Shown in pieces: positions 38,643 through 46,875 of a stretch of DNA of 56,900 bases. Made by a program: the position numbers and the translations under genes. The stretch covers positions 1 through 56,900 of the forward strand of contig JBBDNJ010000297.1 of assembly GCA_040877705.1 (NCBI GenBank). The letters run 5' to 3'. The DNA is from Candidatus Binatia bacterium. Its GTDB lineage: Bacteria > Desulfobacterota > Binatia > UBA9968. Positions within the stretch are counted from its first letter, which is position 1, and every line of letters begins with the position of its first letter. Below the pieces are notes generated by a model that made no database searches, was not told where the DNA came from, and saw only the letters and a list, made by a program, of their open reading frames with translations.

Positions 38643-41296
38643 TGGATCGAAAGGAAATCATGACTAAGGCGGCAGCATGGATGCAGGCGCGTGGCTGGAA
38701 AGAGAAACTTGCCAAGCGTCGAGGTTATGAGCAGAGCCTGTTTGAGCACAGCCTGATTGAGCTTGATGTTCTCCTTGAGCTTCTGCCGATCCTCGCGAGC
38801 CCGCGACACTACGGCCTAAGTGAAGCCGAGGAAGCAGTCCTGACAATCGCCGTGCTCGCCCACGATGTCGGTAAAGAAACTGACGCCTGGCAGGTCTACA
38901 TCGGCGATCCCCAGCCGGACCGCTGGGTGCCTCACATTCTTCCCGAGTTGACCAGAGCAGTGGTACCGGAGCTCTGTGCGACATTAGGGTTTTCGGAGCA
39001 AGGTGAGGCAGTTGAGCGCATCATGGCGCACTGTGCTGAGTTCCACCACAACCGGCCAGGAAGAAGTGATGGGGCCATCTTGGAAGCGATGCTTAGTGGC
39101 GGGTCGGATCGCTTTCTCACACTGGCCTATTTGGTCAAGGCCATTGACCACTTCTGCTCCGCTGCCACGGTTGCCGATGCCGAGGACGCGTTGAAGAATG
39201 ATCCCGCGCTGGGCCGGCATCTCGTCGTCGCGTCTCACGAAGCCATGGTTCGGGGCGTCTCGACGGCATTCCTTCACCACGCCGCTCGAGCCGAATTCCA
39301 GCAACGAGGATGGAAGCCTCTCCTGTATTTCTCCAACGCCACTTTATATGCAGCCGACCCTAGCGATCACCATAATATTCCCACGGCAGAAGAGATTGGC
39401 AACGGCCTCAAGACGGAAATTGACAGGTCCATCAGTCGAGACGTAACCCCACTGATGGTTGGAAGCCCCACAGGGAACATTCTCCCCAAGCCGGATCTCT
39501 TCGCCTTCAGCGAGTCCCGGCAGTACCTCCGCAGTGCCGCAAGCAAAATTAGTCCGCAAAGCTTCGCCAAGAAGAAGCTGCCGGCAAAACGCAAAGTGGT
39601 CGAGGACTACTGGAAACTCCAGGGCCGAACCACCAAACCCACGGATGCACAGGTTGAGGAAGAGTCCGCTCGCATCTCGGTAGCCCAGCCCGAGATGCTT
39701 GTCTTCAAGTTTTTCAAAGCCATGTTGGACCCGGACAAGGTCGAGGTTGTTGGTGAGGATGGCGCCGTTCTAGCCAAGAAGCTCTACGAGGAAACGTTCG
39801 GGTCTGGCAGTTGGGCTGCGCTCCAGTCCACGTCCACCATTATGCCAGCCAAGGACATGGGAAAGACTATCGACTACTTCTGGGCGCTGCCAGGTGCGGC
39901 GGTAGGCCACTCTCAAGTTACAAAGGTCGCAGAGCTTCCAAACGAGATTCGCGTGCAGGTATTGATTGATCTACTCGATGCTATCGCCCAGAAGGTCTAT
40001 TCAGCAATTAGCCGACCATCGCCGAGAGATAAGTTGTCTCAGGACATGGCCACAGCATTCATCAATGATCTCCTGAGGCCAATAGACGGCGGTAACGTTC
40101 AAGCTATTGCTCAACAGCAACTAAGCTACTACACACAGTCAAAGCCCTTTGCTGGAAAAGAGAGCGCGAAGGGAATTTATCTGTGTCCGATCTGTAATGC
40201 TCCTTTCGATCAGAATCATGGAATCAAAGCCTCGGCCGACTTCATCGAAAATCCACAGACCCACACTAATCGTGGGATAGCGCATGGATCCTTCGGTTAC
40301 ATCATGGTCTGCGTTACTTGCTACTACGAGCGGCTCCTCCTCCAGATACTTCTCGGGAGTCGTCCGGCGGAAATGATCACGCTTTTGCCCCGACTCAACC
40401 TGGGGCCGGGGAAAGGCGAGCAGTTGGTCAGCAAAGTCCAGGGTTGGGTAGAGGCAGCCAAAGGGCAGATGCGAGGTGAAACCGGCAACCTGGAGTTCGG
40501 ATTTTCGCTCGGTTTCACCGATCAAGCAGCCCGTCACATAAAGGAGCGTGACCCCTTTTCTCTAAAGCCCGAGGAGCTGCTCTCGCTCTTCAGTTACCGT
40601 TTTACCGCCGACACCCGGCAGAAAAGACGCCGAGAAGCGATGAGACGGCTTAAAGAGGAGTTCGATAACGACTTCGAAGCCCTTAATCTTGCCACTGGTC
40701 AATCCTTCGGGACATGGGACGATGCTGTTGAGGCCCTCATCGCAAATCGACTTAATCAGCAGGAGTTCAGGGCGATTCGTCGGGAGGTCTTTCGCCTCTA
40801 TGAAACGATACATCTGATTTGCGAGACGCCTAACTTGATCTTCATCCCGCTCAGTTACGAGATCGCGTCCGGTAACGACGAATCGGAAACGAGCCGAGGG
40901 CTGCGGCGGCTCCACGTGGCCTTGCTCCTGAGCCTTGTCTTTGACGCCTCTGTGGCCATTCACAAGACGGATGAACCAGTGGACTTCCGAGGCGGACTAG
41001 GGGCAGCCTACGTGCCTCCGATCCCGGCGGTCCGCTCTCTTGTGGGCTACGACTGGCTGTCCATCGGTGAGGCAAAGCGTTGGCTCTCCGCGATCGGCGC
41101 GGCAAGCCTGTTGGTGCGAGATACCGGTCTGCCCGCACGCTCCGCTCTTTATCAAATTCTTACGATGGACCCTCCGGAAAAGCTCGCTCGTCGCATTGAG
41201 GAAAAAGGCGACACTTCTCTGACGCCGCGTCATATTAGTTTAATCGAGCAGTTGCCAGCCTTTCACAGAACCCGGGAAAAGGAGGTGCGCCCGTGA
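38642..41296 (+). CDS. cas10d: Cas10d-like large subunit with N-terminal HD nuclease domain (type I-D-like)
   Basis: 884 aa with HD-domain residues near the N-terminus (LFEHSL; VLAHDVGKE, HD at 38861-38866; AEFHHNRPG). An internal Cys pair cluster (LCPICNAPF ... MVCVTCYYE) resembles the Cas10 Zn finger. No GGDD-type cyclase motif was seen. It heads an operon with Csc2-, Csc1- and Cas3'-like genes. Confidence 0.7.
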   Translation: MDRKEIMTKAAAWMQARGWKEKLAKRRGYEQSLFEHSLIELDVLLELLPILASPRHYGLSEAEEAVLTIAVLAHDVGKETDAWQVYIGDPQPDRWVPHILPELTRAVVPELCATLGFSEQGEAVERIMAHCAEFHHNRPGRSDGAILEAMLSGGSDRFLTLAYLVKAIDHFCSAATVADAEDALKNDPALGRHLVVASHEAMVRGVSTAFLHHAARAEFQQRGWKPLLYFSNATLYAADPSDHHNIPTAEEIGNGLKTEIDRSISRDVTPLMVGSPTGNILPKPDLFAFSESRQYLRSAASKISPQSFAKKKLPAKRKVVEDYWKLQGRTTKPTDAQVEEESARISVAQPEMLVFKFFKAMLDPDKVEVVGEDGAVLAKKLYEETFGSGSWAALQSTSTIMPAKDMGKTIDYFWALPGAAVGHSQVTKVAELPNEIRVQVLIDLLDAIAQKVYSAISRPSPRDKLSQDMATAFINDLLRPIDGGNVQAIAQQQLSYYTQSKPFAGKESAKGIYLCPICNAPFDQNHGIKASADFIENPQTHTNRGIAHGSFGYIMVCVTCYYERLLLQILLGSRPAEMITLLPRLNLGPGKGEQLVSKVQGWVEAAKGQMRGETGNLEFGFSLGFTDQAARHIKERDPFSLKPEELLSLFSYRFTADTRQKRRREAMRRLKEEFDNDFEALNLATGQSFGTWDDAVEALIANRLNQQEFRAIRREVFRLYETIHLICETPNLIFIPLSYEIASGNDESETSRGLRRLHVALLLSLVFDASVAIHKTDEPVDFRGGLGAAYVPPIPAVRSLVGYDWLSIGEAKRWLSAIGAASLLVRDTGLPARSALYQILTMDPPEKLARRIEEKGDTSLTPRHISLIEQLPAFHRTREKEVRP

Positions 41297-41904
41297 GAGT
41301 TCCCATTACCGTCCAGATCAAGCCTTTTGATATCGAGAGCGTCCAATCCAAAATCGATTCAGCGCGAGAGGCGTTGACTCGCTACCTCGATGAAGTGCCT
41401 CGGAAGTCAACTCGCTCGAAGCATGGCCTTATGGGACCGGTTGGAAAGATCCTGAGCGAAGTGAAGAGTGGGCGGCGCGATCCCGCCTCTCTCAAAGGTT
41501 ACGCTGTCCGTGTCCACGAAGCGACAAGCAGGAGCCCGTCTCCGGCAGGCCTTCAAGCACTCGAAGAGGGAATCGACCGGATAGTCAAATTACTCACCGA
41601 AGTTCCCATCACGGCACATGATCGCCTGCTCGACCGGCTAGACTACGGGCTCTACTACGACCTTCGTAAAAAGGAGCTCGAATCAAAAGAGATGCGACGC
41701 CAGGCATGGATCGGATTCCTCCGTAACAAGTACGATACAGAGGCGAAGCTTTCTGAAACCTGGGGGGAGCAAATCGCCACTTTTGACGAACTTTACCTTC
41801 CGCGGAAAGCTGAGGGATCGAAGACCAAGAAAGCTACGGCAAAGCAACACGACATTACCGCGTTCTGGGAGTCGCAGGGTGTCACTACCGATGAGGAGGA
41901 GTAA
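41293..41904 (+). CDS. hypothetical helical protein, candidate stand-alone small subunit (Cas11d-like)
   Basis: 203-aa charged, helix-rich ORF. Its GTG start overlaps the cas10d stop (GTGA) and its stop abuts the cas7d ATG. The role is assigned by position only. Confidence 0.35.
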   Translation: MRVPITVQIKPFDIESVQSKIDSAREALTRYLDEVPRKSTRSKHGLMGPVGKILSEVKSGRRDPASLKGYAVRVHEATSRSPSPAGLQALEEGIDRIVKLLTEVPITAHDRLLDRLDYGLYYDLRKKELESKEMRRQAWIGFLRNKYDTEAKLSETWGEQIATFDELYLPRKAEGSKTKKATAKQHDITAFWESQGVTTDEEE

Positions 41905-42855
41905 ATGACGATAATCGCAGAGAAGTTGAAGGGCTACTTGGTAGACAGGCCACGGCCGCTGATTGGGGCTGAAACGATCCAACTTATTCTTTTACGCGAA
42001 GTCCTCGACTATACCGTGCTGAGGACGGAAGAGACCCGTGAGCTGAACTCCGTCAACACGCCGCTCTCCGAAGCGGATCGGGCTACGACAGCGAAGCGGG
42101 TTGCCTTTCTTGGCTCCAAGCAGAAAGCCGCCGAATCCCGCGAGATGGAATACTTGCTCCGGTCCGCCACGGCGGCTTCTGGCAAGGACATACCATCCGG
42201 AAAGAATGGCGAAGGGTGCTATCTAAAGGACAATCTCTGTCTCCGGTGTCCCCGCTGCGGACTTTACGGCGCGACGGCGCTTGGTCAGGAAGCGAACATC
42301 AAGCACCGGATCGAATACTCAACGGCTTTCTCTCTCCTTCCGTTCGATCAGATATCGGAAGAAATCACTTTCAATGCTGTCAGCGAATTGGACCAGACAA
42401 CCGGTCAGGCATTGGGTAGTCGAAATGTCGTCAAACCCGCAAGCCTTTTCCCGTCCATTGTGACCCTGAAGGGGGTAACGCGAGAAGAGTTGGTTCTTAC
42501 GGTAAAAACCCTGCTGGCTTGCAAAAGCTATGGCGCCGAATCGCGTATCGGCGGCGACTGCCGGAATACATTTTTTGGTGTCATTGCCGGATGGGAGGAG
42601 ATGATAACACCCCTGGAGCTGACGGTGGAACTTTACGACCAGAAGGACGGCTTGGACCCCGCAGCTCTGAAAAACCTTCTGGTGCAAAAATACAAGGCGC
42701 TCGCCGGGAATCCTGATCGCATTTTGGTACTCGACCCTGCCGAGGTGGACGCGCTGTTCCAGGAGTGCGCTCAAACACCTCTCGACCGGGCTTTCCTCGA
42801 CAAGGCATACAACGACATTACCGAGTATCGTAGGGCCCAAGGGGAGAAAGTTTAA
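41905..42855 (+). CDS. csc2: Csc2/Cas7d-like backbone subunit
   Basis: 316 aa with a CLRCPRCGLYG Cys motif, FPSIVTLKG and KSYGAESRIGG segments that fit my recollection of Csc2. The size and the position between the large subunit and the Cas5-like gene also fit. Confidence 0.6.
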   Translation: MTIIAEKLKGYLVDRPRPLIGAETIQLILLREVLDYTVLRTEETRELNSVNTPLSEADRATTAKRVAFLGSKQKAAESREMEYLLRSATAASGKDIPSGKNGEGCYLKDNLCLRCPRCGLYGATALGQEANIKHRIEYSTAFSLLPFDQISEEITFNAVSELDQTTGQALGSRNVVKPASLFPSIVTLKGVTREELVLTVKTLLACKSYGAESRIGGDCRNTFFGVIAGWEEMITPLELTVELYDQKDGLDPAALKNLLVQKYKALAGNPDRILVLDPAEVDALFQECAQTPLDRAFLDKAYNDITEYRRAQGEKV

Positions 42856-42873
42856 TCTGCAGGAGGCGGCTTC

Positions 42874-45174
42874 ATGGAGAAACTCAAAAAGATCTGGAGC
42901 CAATATGGCGGGGAAAAATGCGTGCTACTTGTGGGCGCAGGCGTCTCGTATTCGCAACCTTCCAATTTTCCGACAGGTTCGGCTTTCATGAGCACTGTTT
43001 TGAAAAAATGTGCAGTGGATGACAGTACGAAAATACTATTAGACGACCTTTGTGATAACAAGAGATCTGATGGAAATTGGCTCAGATTTGAAGGCTTACT
43101 GGAGGTTCTCGCACGGTTCGTTGACAAGGAATTAGGCGTCTTGAAAATGTATGCTGGCAACCAGAAAGGAGACAATCAGTTTGATGGGGGAATACCTAAT
43201 GACAATCACGGGTTTTTGGCGAGCCTTATTAGGGCTGGCCATTATGTTGTTACAACAAATTTTGATGTGCTAATCGAAAAGGCGATGAATCCTAGCAATA
43301 AGGGTTTTGTTACCGAGGATCAATGGGAGAAATTTACAGCAGGGGCGAACCCTGGTTCGCTGCTTAAAATACACGGTAGCCTACTACGGTTTGAAAATGG
43401 AGGCTGGGTTTGGAATGACGGTGAACACCCTGCCGCCCCTGTGGTCACACTACGCCGAGTTTCACGAACACGGCAATCCATTGTGAGGCGGAACAAATTC
43501 GGTGAACTCTTGGGTGATTTCCCACTGCTGGTTGTAGGATATTCCGCCAGCGATGACTTTGACGTGTCTCGGTGGCTACTCGAGATCAAATCGAATCAGC
43601 CAGTGCTATGGATTCAGCACACGCAAACTAGTAAGCCGGATCACTGCCAATACCTTTCCGGGGCCGACGTGGCATTGGGAATGGCTGGAGTTTCCCCGGG
43701 GCTGCTAGAAATTGCACAGCACTGGCAGAGGGATAACGGAAGTACTTATGGCAGGAAATTGGACTTACTCCATGTTTTTAAGTGCAGCACCCCAGAAGCA
43801 CTGGCGGCGTTCTCCGCTACCTTAGGTCAGCAAGGCTCCTCCCCAAACTTTTCGAAAGAGAGCCATAAAGAAGAACCCTCGGGAAGTCTTGATAGTTTCC
43901 TTAAGACTTGGGCAGCTAAGCATGTTCCTAATAAGTGGAGCCAGTCTTTAGTCAGTGGGGCTCTCCTTGCACACTGTTTTCACTTTCCAGCAGCGAGGGA
44001 GCTTTTGGAGAAGTCTCTCGAGGAGGCCAAGGACGACTATCAGAAAACCCAAAGTCTCGTGCTGCTTTCCGAAACAGAATCGGAGCTCCCCTTGCCCGAA
44101 GACAAGGCGGTCGCGCTACAGCATGCAGCGCAAGCCTTTGACACAAGCCCCGGGCAAAGAGAGGCTCGTCTGGCTAGAGCAAATGCTCTGCTCTATTGCA
44201 GTCGGCTGCTTAAGAACCTGTCTTTCCTGCAGCGCGAAGAGTTGAAAAAAGAGGCAGAGAGTATATGGAAGGCAATTTGGGACAATTCTAAAGCTTCACC
44301 TTTCGAAAGATCGCGTGCAGCGGCGGAACTTTATCGGATGGATCGACACTTTGGGGGGAGAAATGCGCCGGAGATAGATAAAATAAGACAACAAGACCTG
44401 GCAGTCGAAGCCTTGATCATTCATGAAACCGCACGCCGGGACAAGTGGCAACAGGCGAGATCTGTGACAGATATCAGAACAGCCATTCAGGATATGACAG
44501 CTGCGGTGGATCTCCGTGAACGACTTGGGGAGTTACGCGGGCTCTGCGCCAGCACGAATGTGCTTGGCAATATGTACCAACGACTGTGGGAGTGGATCAC
44601 ATGGGAAGTGGGCTCAAACCCTGGAGAAGCGGAACAGGAAATTAAACGGGCCTTGTACTGGCATGAGCGATCTGTGGAAATCGCCGAGAGATACGGCTTC
44701 AGATGGGATAGAGGTCAGGCTGAAGTTGCACTTAGCGTCCTTTGCCTACGTTGGGAAAATGATTCTGTTAAGGCTTGGTCACGTCTTCTCGAAGCTGAGT
44801 GCGAACGCGAAACCAACGGTTCTGCGGACAATATAAAACTTGACCTTCAGCGGGCTATTTTGGTCACGTTTCGGAGGGGGACTGTAACAGAGGGAGTAAG
44901 AGTCGCCCGTGACCTATTTGCACACATCGTAAACGACTACGGGCAAAAAGAAGACACACGGCAGGACCGGGGGATCGGAGCAGCACAAGTTAACATGAGC
45001 ATTTGCGATTGGGTCCTAGGTAACTCATTTGTGTTGCCGTGGCCTGACGTGTTTAAGGGAAGCACCTATTGGAGAAAGCGAATTATGAAAACCCAAGCAA
45101 AACTTGATGAGCATCGGGAGAAAGGCATGCCTGAGCCCGACCTCCATCGGATATTCTTGGATCCACTCCCTTGA
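42874..45174 (+). CDS. SIR2-like (SIR2_2-type, NADase-class) domain protein with long C-terminal helical/TPR-like repeat region
   Basis: The N-terminal roughly 235 aa carry the SIR2_2 pattern in order: VLLVGAGVSYS (42934-42948), VVTTNFDVLIEKA (Asn codon 43258-43260), LLKIHGSL (His codon 43372-43374) and LLVVGYSASDDFD. The remaining roughly 500 aa are helix-repeat-like. No Walker A motif is present. A GGAGG site lies 8 nt upstream of the ATG. Confidence 0.75.
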   Translation: MEKLKKIWSQYGGEKCVLLVGAGVSYSQPSNFPTGSAFMSTVLKKCAVDDSTKILLDDLCDNKRSDGNWLRFEGLLEVLARFVDKELGVLKMYAGNQKGDNQFDGGIPNDNHGFLASLIRAGHYVVTTNFDVLIEKAMNPSNKGFVTEDQWEKFTAGANPGSLLKIHGSLLRFENGGWVWNDGEHPAAPVVTLRRVSRTRQSIVRRNKFGELLGDFPLLVVGYSASDDFDVSRWLLEIKSNQPVLWIQHTQTSKPDHCQYLSGADVALGMAGVSPGLLEIAQHWQRDNGSTYGRKLDLLHVFKCSTPEALAAFSATLGQQGSSPNFSKESHKEEPSGSLDSFLKTWAAKHVPNKWSQSLVSGALLAHCFHFPAARELLEKSLEEAKDDYQKTQSLVLLSETESELPLPEDKAVALQHAAQAFDTSPGQREARLARANALLYCSRLLKNLSFLQREELKKEAESIWKAIWDNSKASPFERSRAAAELYRMDRHFGGRNAPEIDKIRQQDLAVEALIIHETARRDKWQQARSVTDIRTAIQDMTAAVDLRERLGELRGLCASTNVLGNMYQRLWEWITWEVGSNPGEAEQEIKRALYWHERSVEIAERYGFRWDRGQAEVALSVLCLRWENDSVKAWSRLLEAECERETNGSADNIKLDLQRAILVTFRRGTVTEGVRVARDLFAHIVNDYGQKEDTRQDRGIGAAQVNMSICDWVLGNSFVLPWPDVFKGSTYWRKRIMKTQAKLDEHREKGMPEPDLHRIFLDPLP

Positions 45175-45209
45175 GCATGAGCCTTGTTTGGTCCCAGGGA
45201 GATTAAGCA

Positions 45210-45968
45210 ATGGATAGCCATTTTAGCCCTAGCCAAAGCGATCCTCTTGAACTCAACGCACAGGGAATTCGGCTCTACGCCGGACGTCTTTATAACCACG
45301 ATTACCTCTGGTTTTCGTCGTTCGAGATCTCAAAGACCGCCGCCATCCTGCCACTGATTCACAACTACGCCCTGAGCTACGCACTTTGCGGTTACTCGTA
45401 CGGAATCTATACAGGGAGTACGCCGCGTTACGCCGAGGACCTCAATGCCATGCAAGCCTACGCCACTCCGGCTCGGCCGCAGGCGCTATCGGCTCGAACT
45501 CGGCTCACCCAAAACGCAGTCAACTCACGCACGCTGAGAACTGACGACGCTCCCCGCGGGAGCAACAGCCCGGCGCTGGGATGGCGCCTCGTTCTCGATC
45601 CAGTCTGGCACGACGGTGCGGGCGCAGGCGACCTCCTTGGGTTCAGCTTTTATCTCTTTGCCCGCGCCTCATTTCATCCACCTTCCGTGGTCAGACTTGG
45701 CAAGAAAGGCTGCCCGGTCCGGCTCGACTGGCAGGAAATTACGGGAGCGGTGGGGCTCTTTACCGATAACGCGGTTCGCCCCTCCCATGCCGTCAACCCA
45801 CTTGATGTTCAGGGTGAAATCATTTCCTACGAACCGTTGCCCATCCCCCCGCACCTGATTTTTCGGGTGGCCGAGATCCAGAAGGACTGGTTTGTGTTTG
45901 CTGGTGAGCACGTTGTCCACATACCACGGCGATTCGCCTTGCCCAAAGGGGCCGCTGCTCAAATCTGA
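45210..45968 (+). CDS. csc1: Csc1/Cas5d-like subunit
   Basis: 252 aa. The N-terminal HDYLWFSSFEISKTAAILPLIHNYALSYAL fits the Csc1 pattern as I recall it (..dylfFasrE......p.ihNYALtYAL). Confidence 0.6.
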   Translation: MDSHFSPSQSDPLELNAQGIRLYAGRLYNHDYLWFSSFEISKTAAILPLIHNYALSYALCGYSYGIYTGSTPRYAEDLNAMQAYATPARPQALSARTRLTQNAVNSRTLRTDDAPRGSNSPALGWRLVLDPVWHDGAGAGDLLGFSFYLFARASFHPPSVVRLGKKGCPVRLDWQEITGAVGLFTDNAVRPSHAVNPLDVQGEIISYEPLPIPPHLIFRVAEIQKDWFVFAGEHVVHIPRRFALPKGAAAQI

Positions 45969-45972
45969 ATCT

Positions 45973-46875
45973 ATGGCTATCCAGCCCTCTAAGTCCTTAC
46001 AAGAAGCGCTTCACCAAGCGATGCTTGAAATTGCCAATCTTCGTAACAGACTGCCAGGAGCCAAAGCTGGCCAAGTTTTGGATGCTTTCGACAGGATCGA
46101 AAACATTTGGGCCAAACAAGATGTGGAGCAGTTTCCCTTCAACACGTTGTCCAAGGAAATAGACACCATCCGAATCGAGGTACGGGAAGCTTTCAGTGGA
46201 GAACTCGATCTAGCAGTAGATCGGAGATCTGCTGTTTTCGACTTGGTGGTTGCTCTTGATCACCGATTCCGGATTTACAGTGAGCTGGTAGCCTTCGATC
46301 CCATTTATCACAGTTTGGAAAGACGCCTTCAACGAATTGACGATGTCTTGCCGTCACGAAATTATGCGATAGGAGACCTACTTTCTGAATTACGCCCTTC
46401 CTTTGATCCTAATTTGAAAAGAAGACTTGAGAGCGCCGTAGAACATTTCGGACGTGAGGAATACGAATCGGTTCTTACCGAATGCGGCAAAGCCGAAGGG
46501 ATGTTTTTCTCTCACTTCAAAAGACTGATGGCATCCTTCGGGATTAGCGAACTTCCGGATCAAACTGGTTCCGCCATCCGCGCTATTCGCAGGATACTCG
46601 AATCAAAACAGGACACGCGAGGGCTTTCTCTTGCCAAGAGTAGCCGCCTTGAACATTTCGTACTCTACATGTCTGAAACGCTCCATTATTTTCGTAATCT
46701 TGGGGCTCATGATCGCGCCGAAGAAGTCGGAAACGAAAAACTTCCCGAATGGCAGATTCAACGTAGGGAGCTTTTTACCCAAAAACCGGAATATGCTCGG
46801 CTTGCTTTAGTCTTAGCAGTTCAGATCGCGATTGAATTACAGGCTCTTTTGGAACGACAGGAATTGAAGACATGA
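45973..46875 (+). CDS. HEPN-motif protein (unknown N-terminal helical domain + C-terminal HEPN-like domain)
   Basis: 300 aa from ATG 45973, which lies 4 nt after the cas5d stop. The C-terminal third has LESAVEHFGREEYESVLTECGKAEGMF followed by HYFRNLGAHD. RNLGAH (46693-46710) fits the HEPN R-[N]-x3-H catalytic motif and is followed by a final helix. The stop overlaps the cas3' ATG (ATGA). Confidence 0.55.
   Translation: MAIQPSKSLQEALHQAMLEIANLRNRLPGAKAGQVLDAFDRIENIWAKQDVEQFPFNTLSKEIDTIRIEVREAFSGELDLAVDRRSAVFDLVVALDHRFRIYSELVAFDPIYHSLERRLQRIDDVLPSRNYAIGDLLSELRPSFDPNLKRRLESAVEHFGREEYESVLTECGKAEGMFFSHFKRLMASFGISELPDQTGSAIRAIRRILESKQDTRGLSLAKSSRLEHFVLYMSETLHYFRNLGAHDRAEEVGNEKLPEWQIQRRELFTQKPEYARLALVLAVQIAIELQALLERQELKT

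Noticed and set aside
41293-41904. The C-terminal segment AWIGFLRNKYDTEAKLSETWGEQIATFDELYLP resembles the W..fL..kYg....LN.aWg motif of GH42 beta-galactosidases.
   Set aside because: It is a short helical motif found in many unrelated proteins. The ORF is only 203 aa, with no glycosidase catalytic regions, and it sits inside a cas operon.
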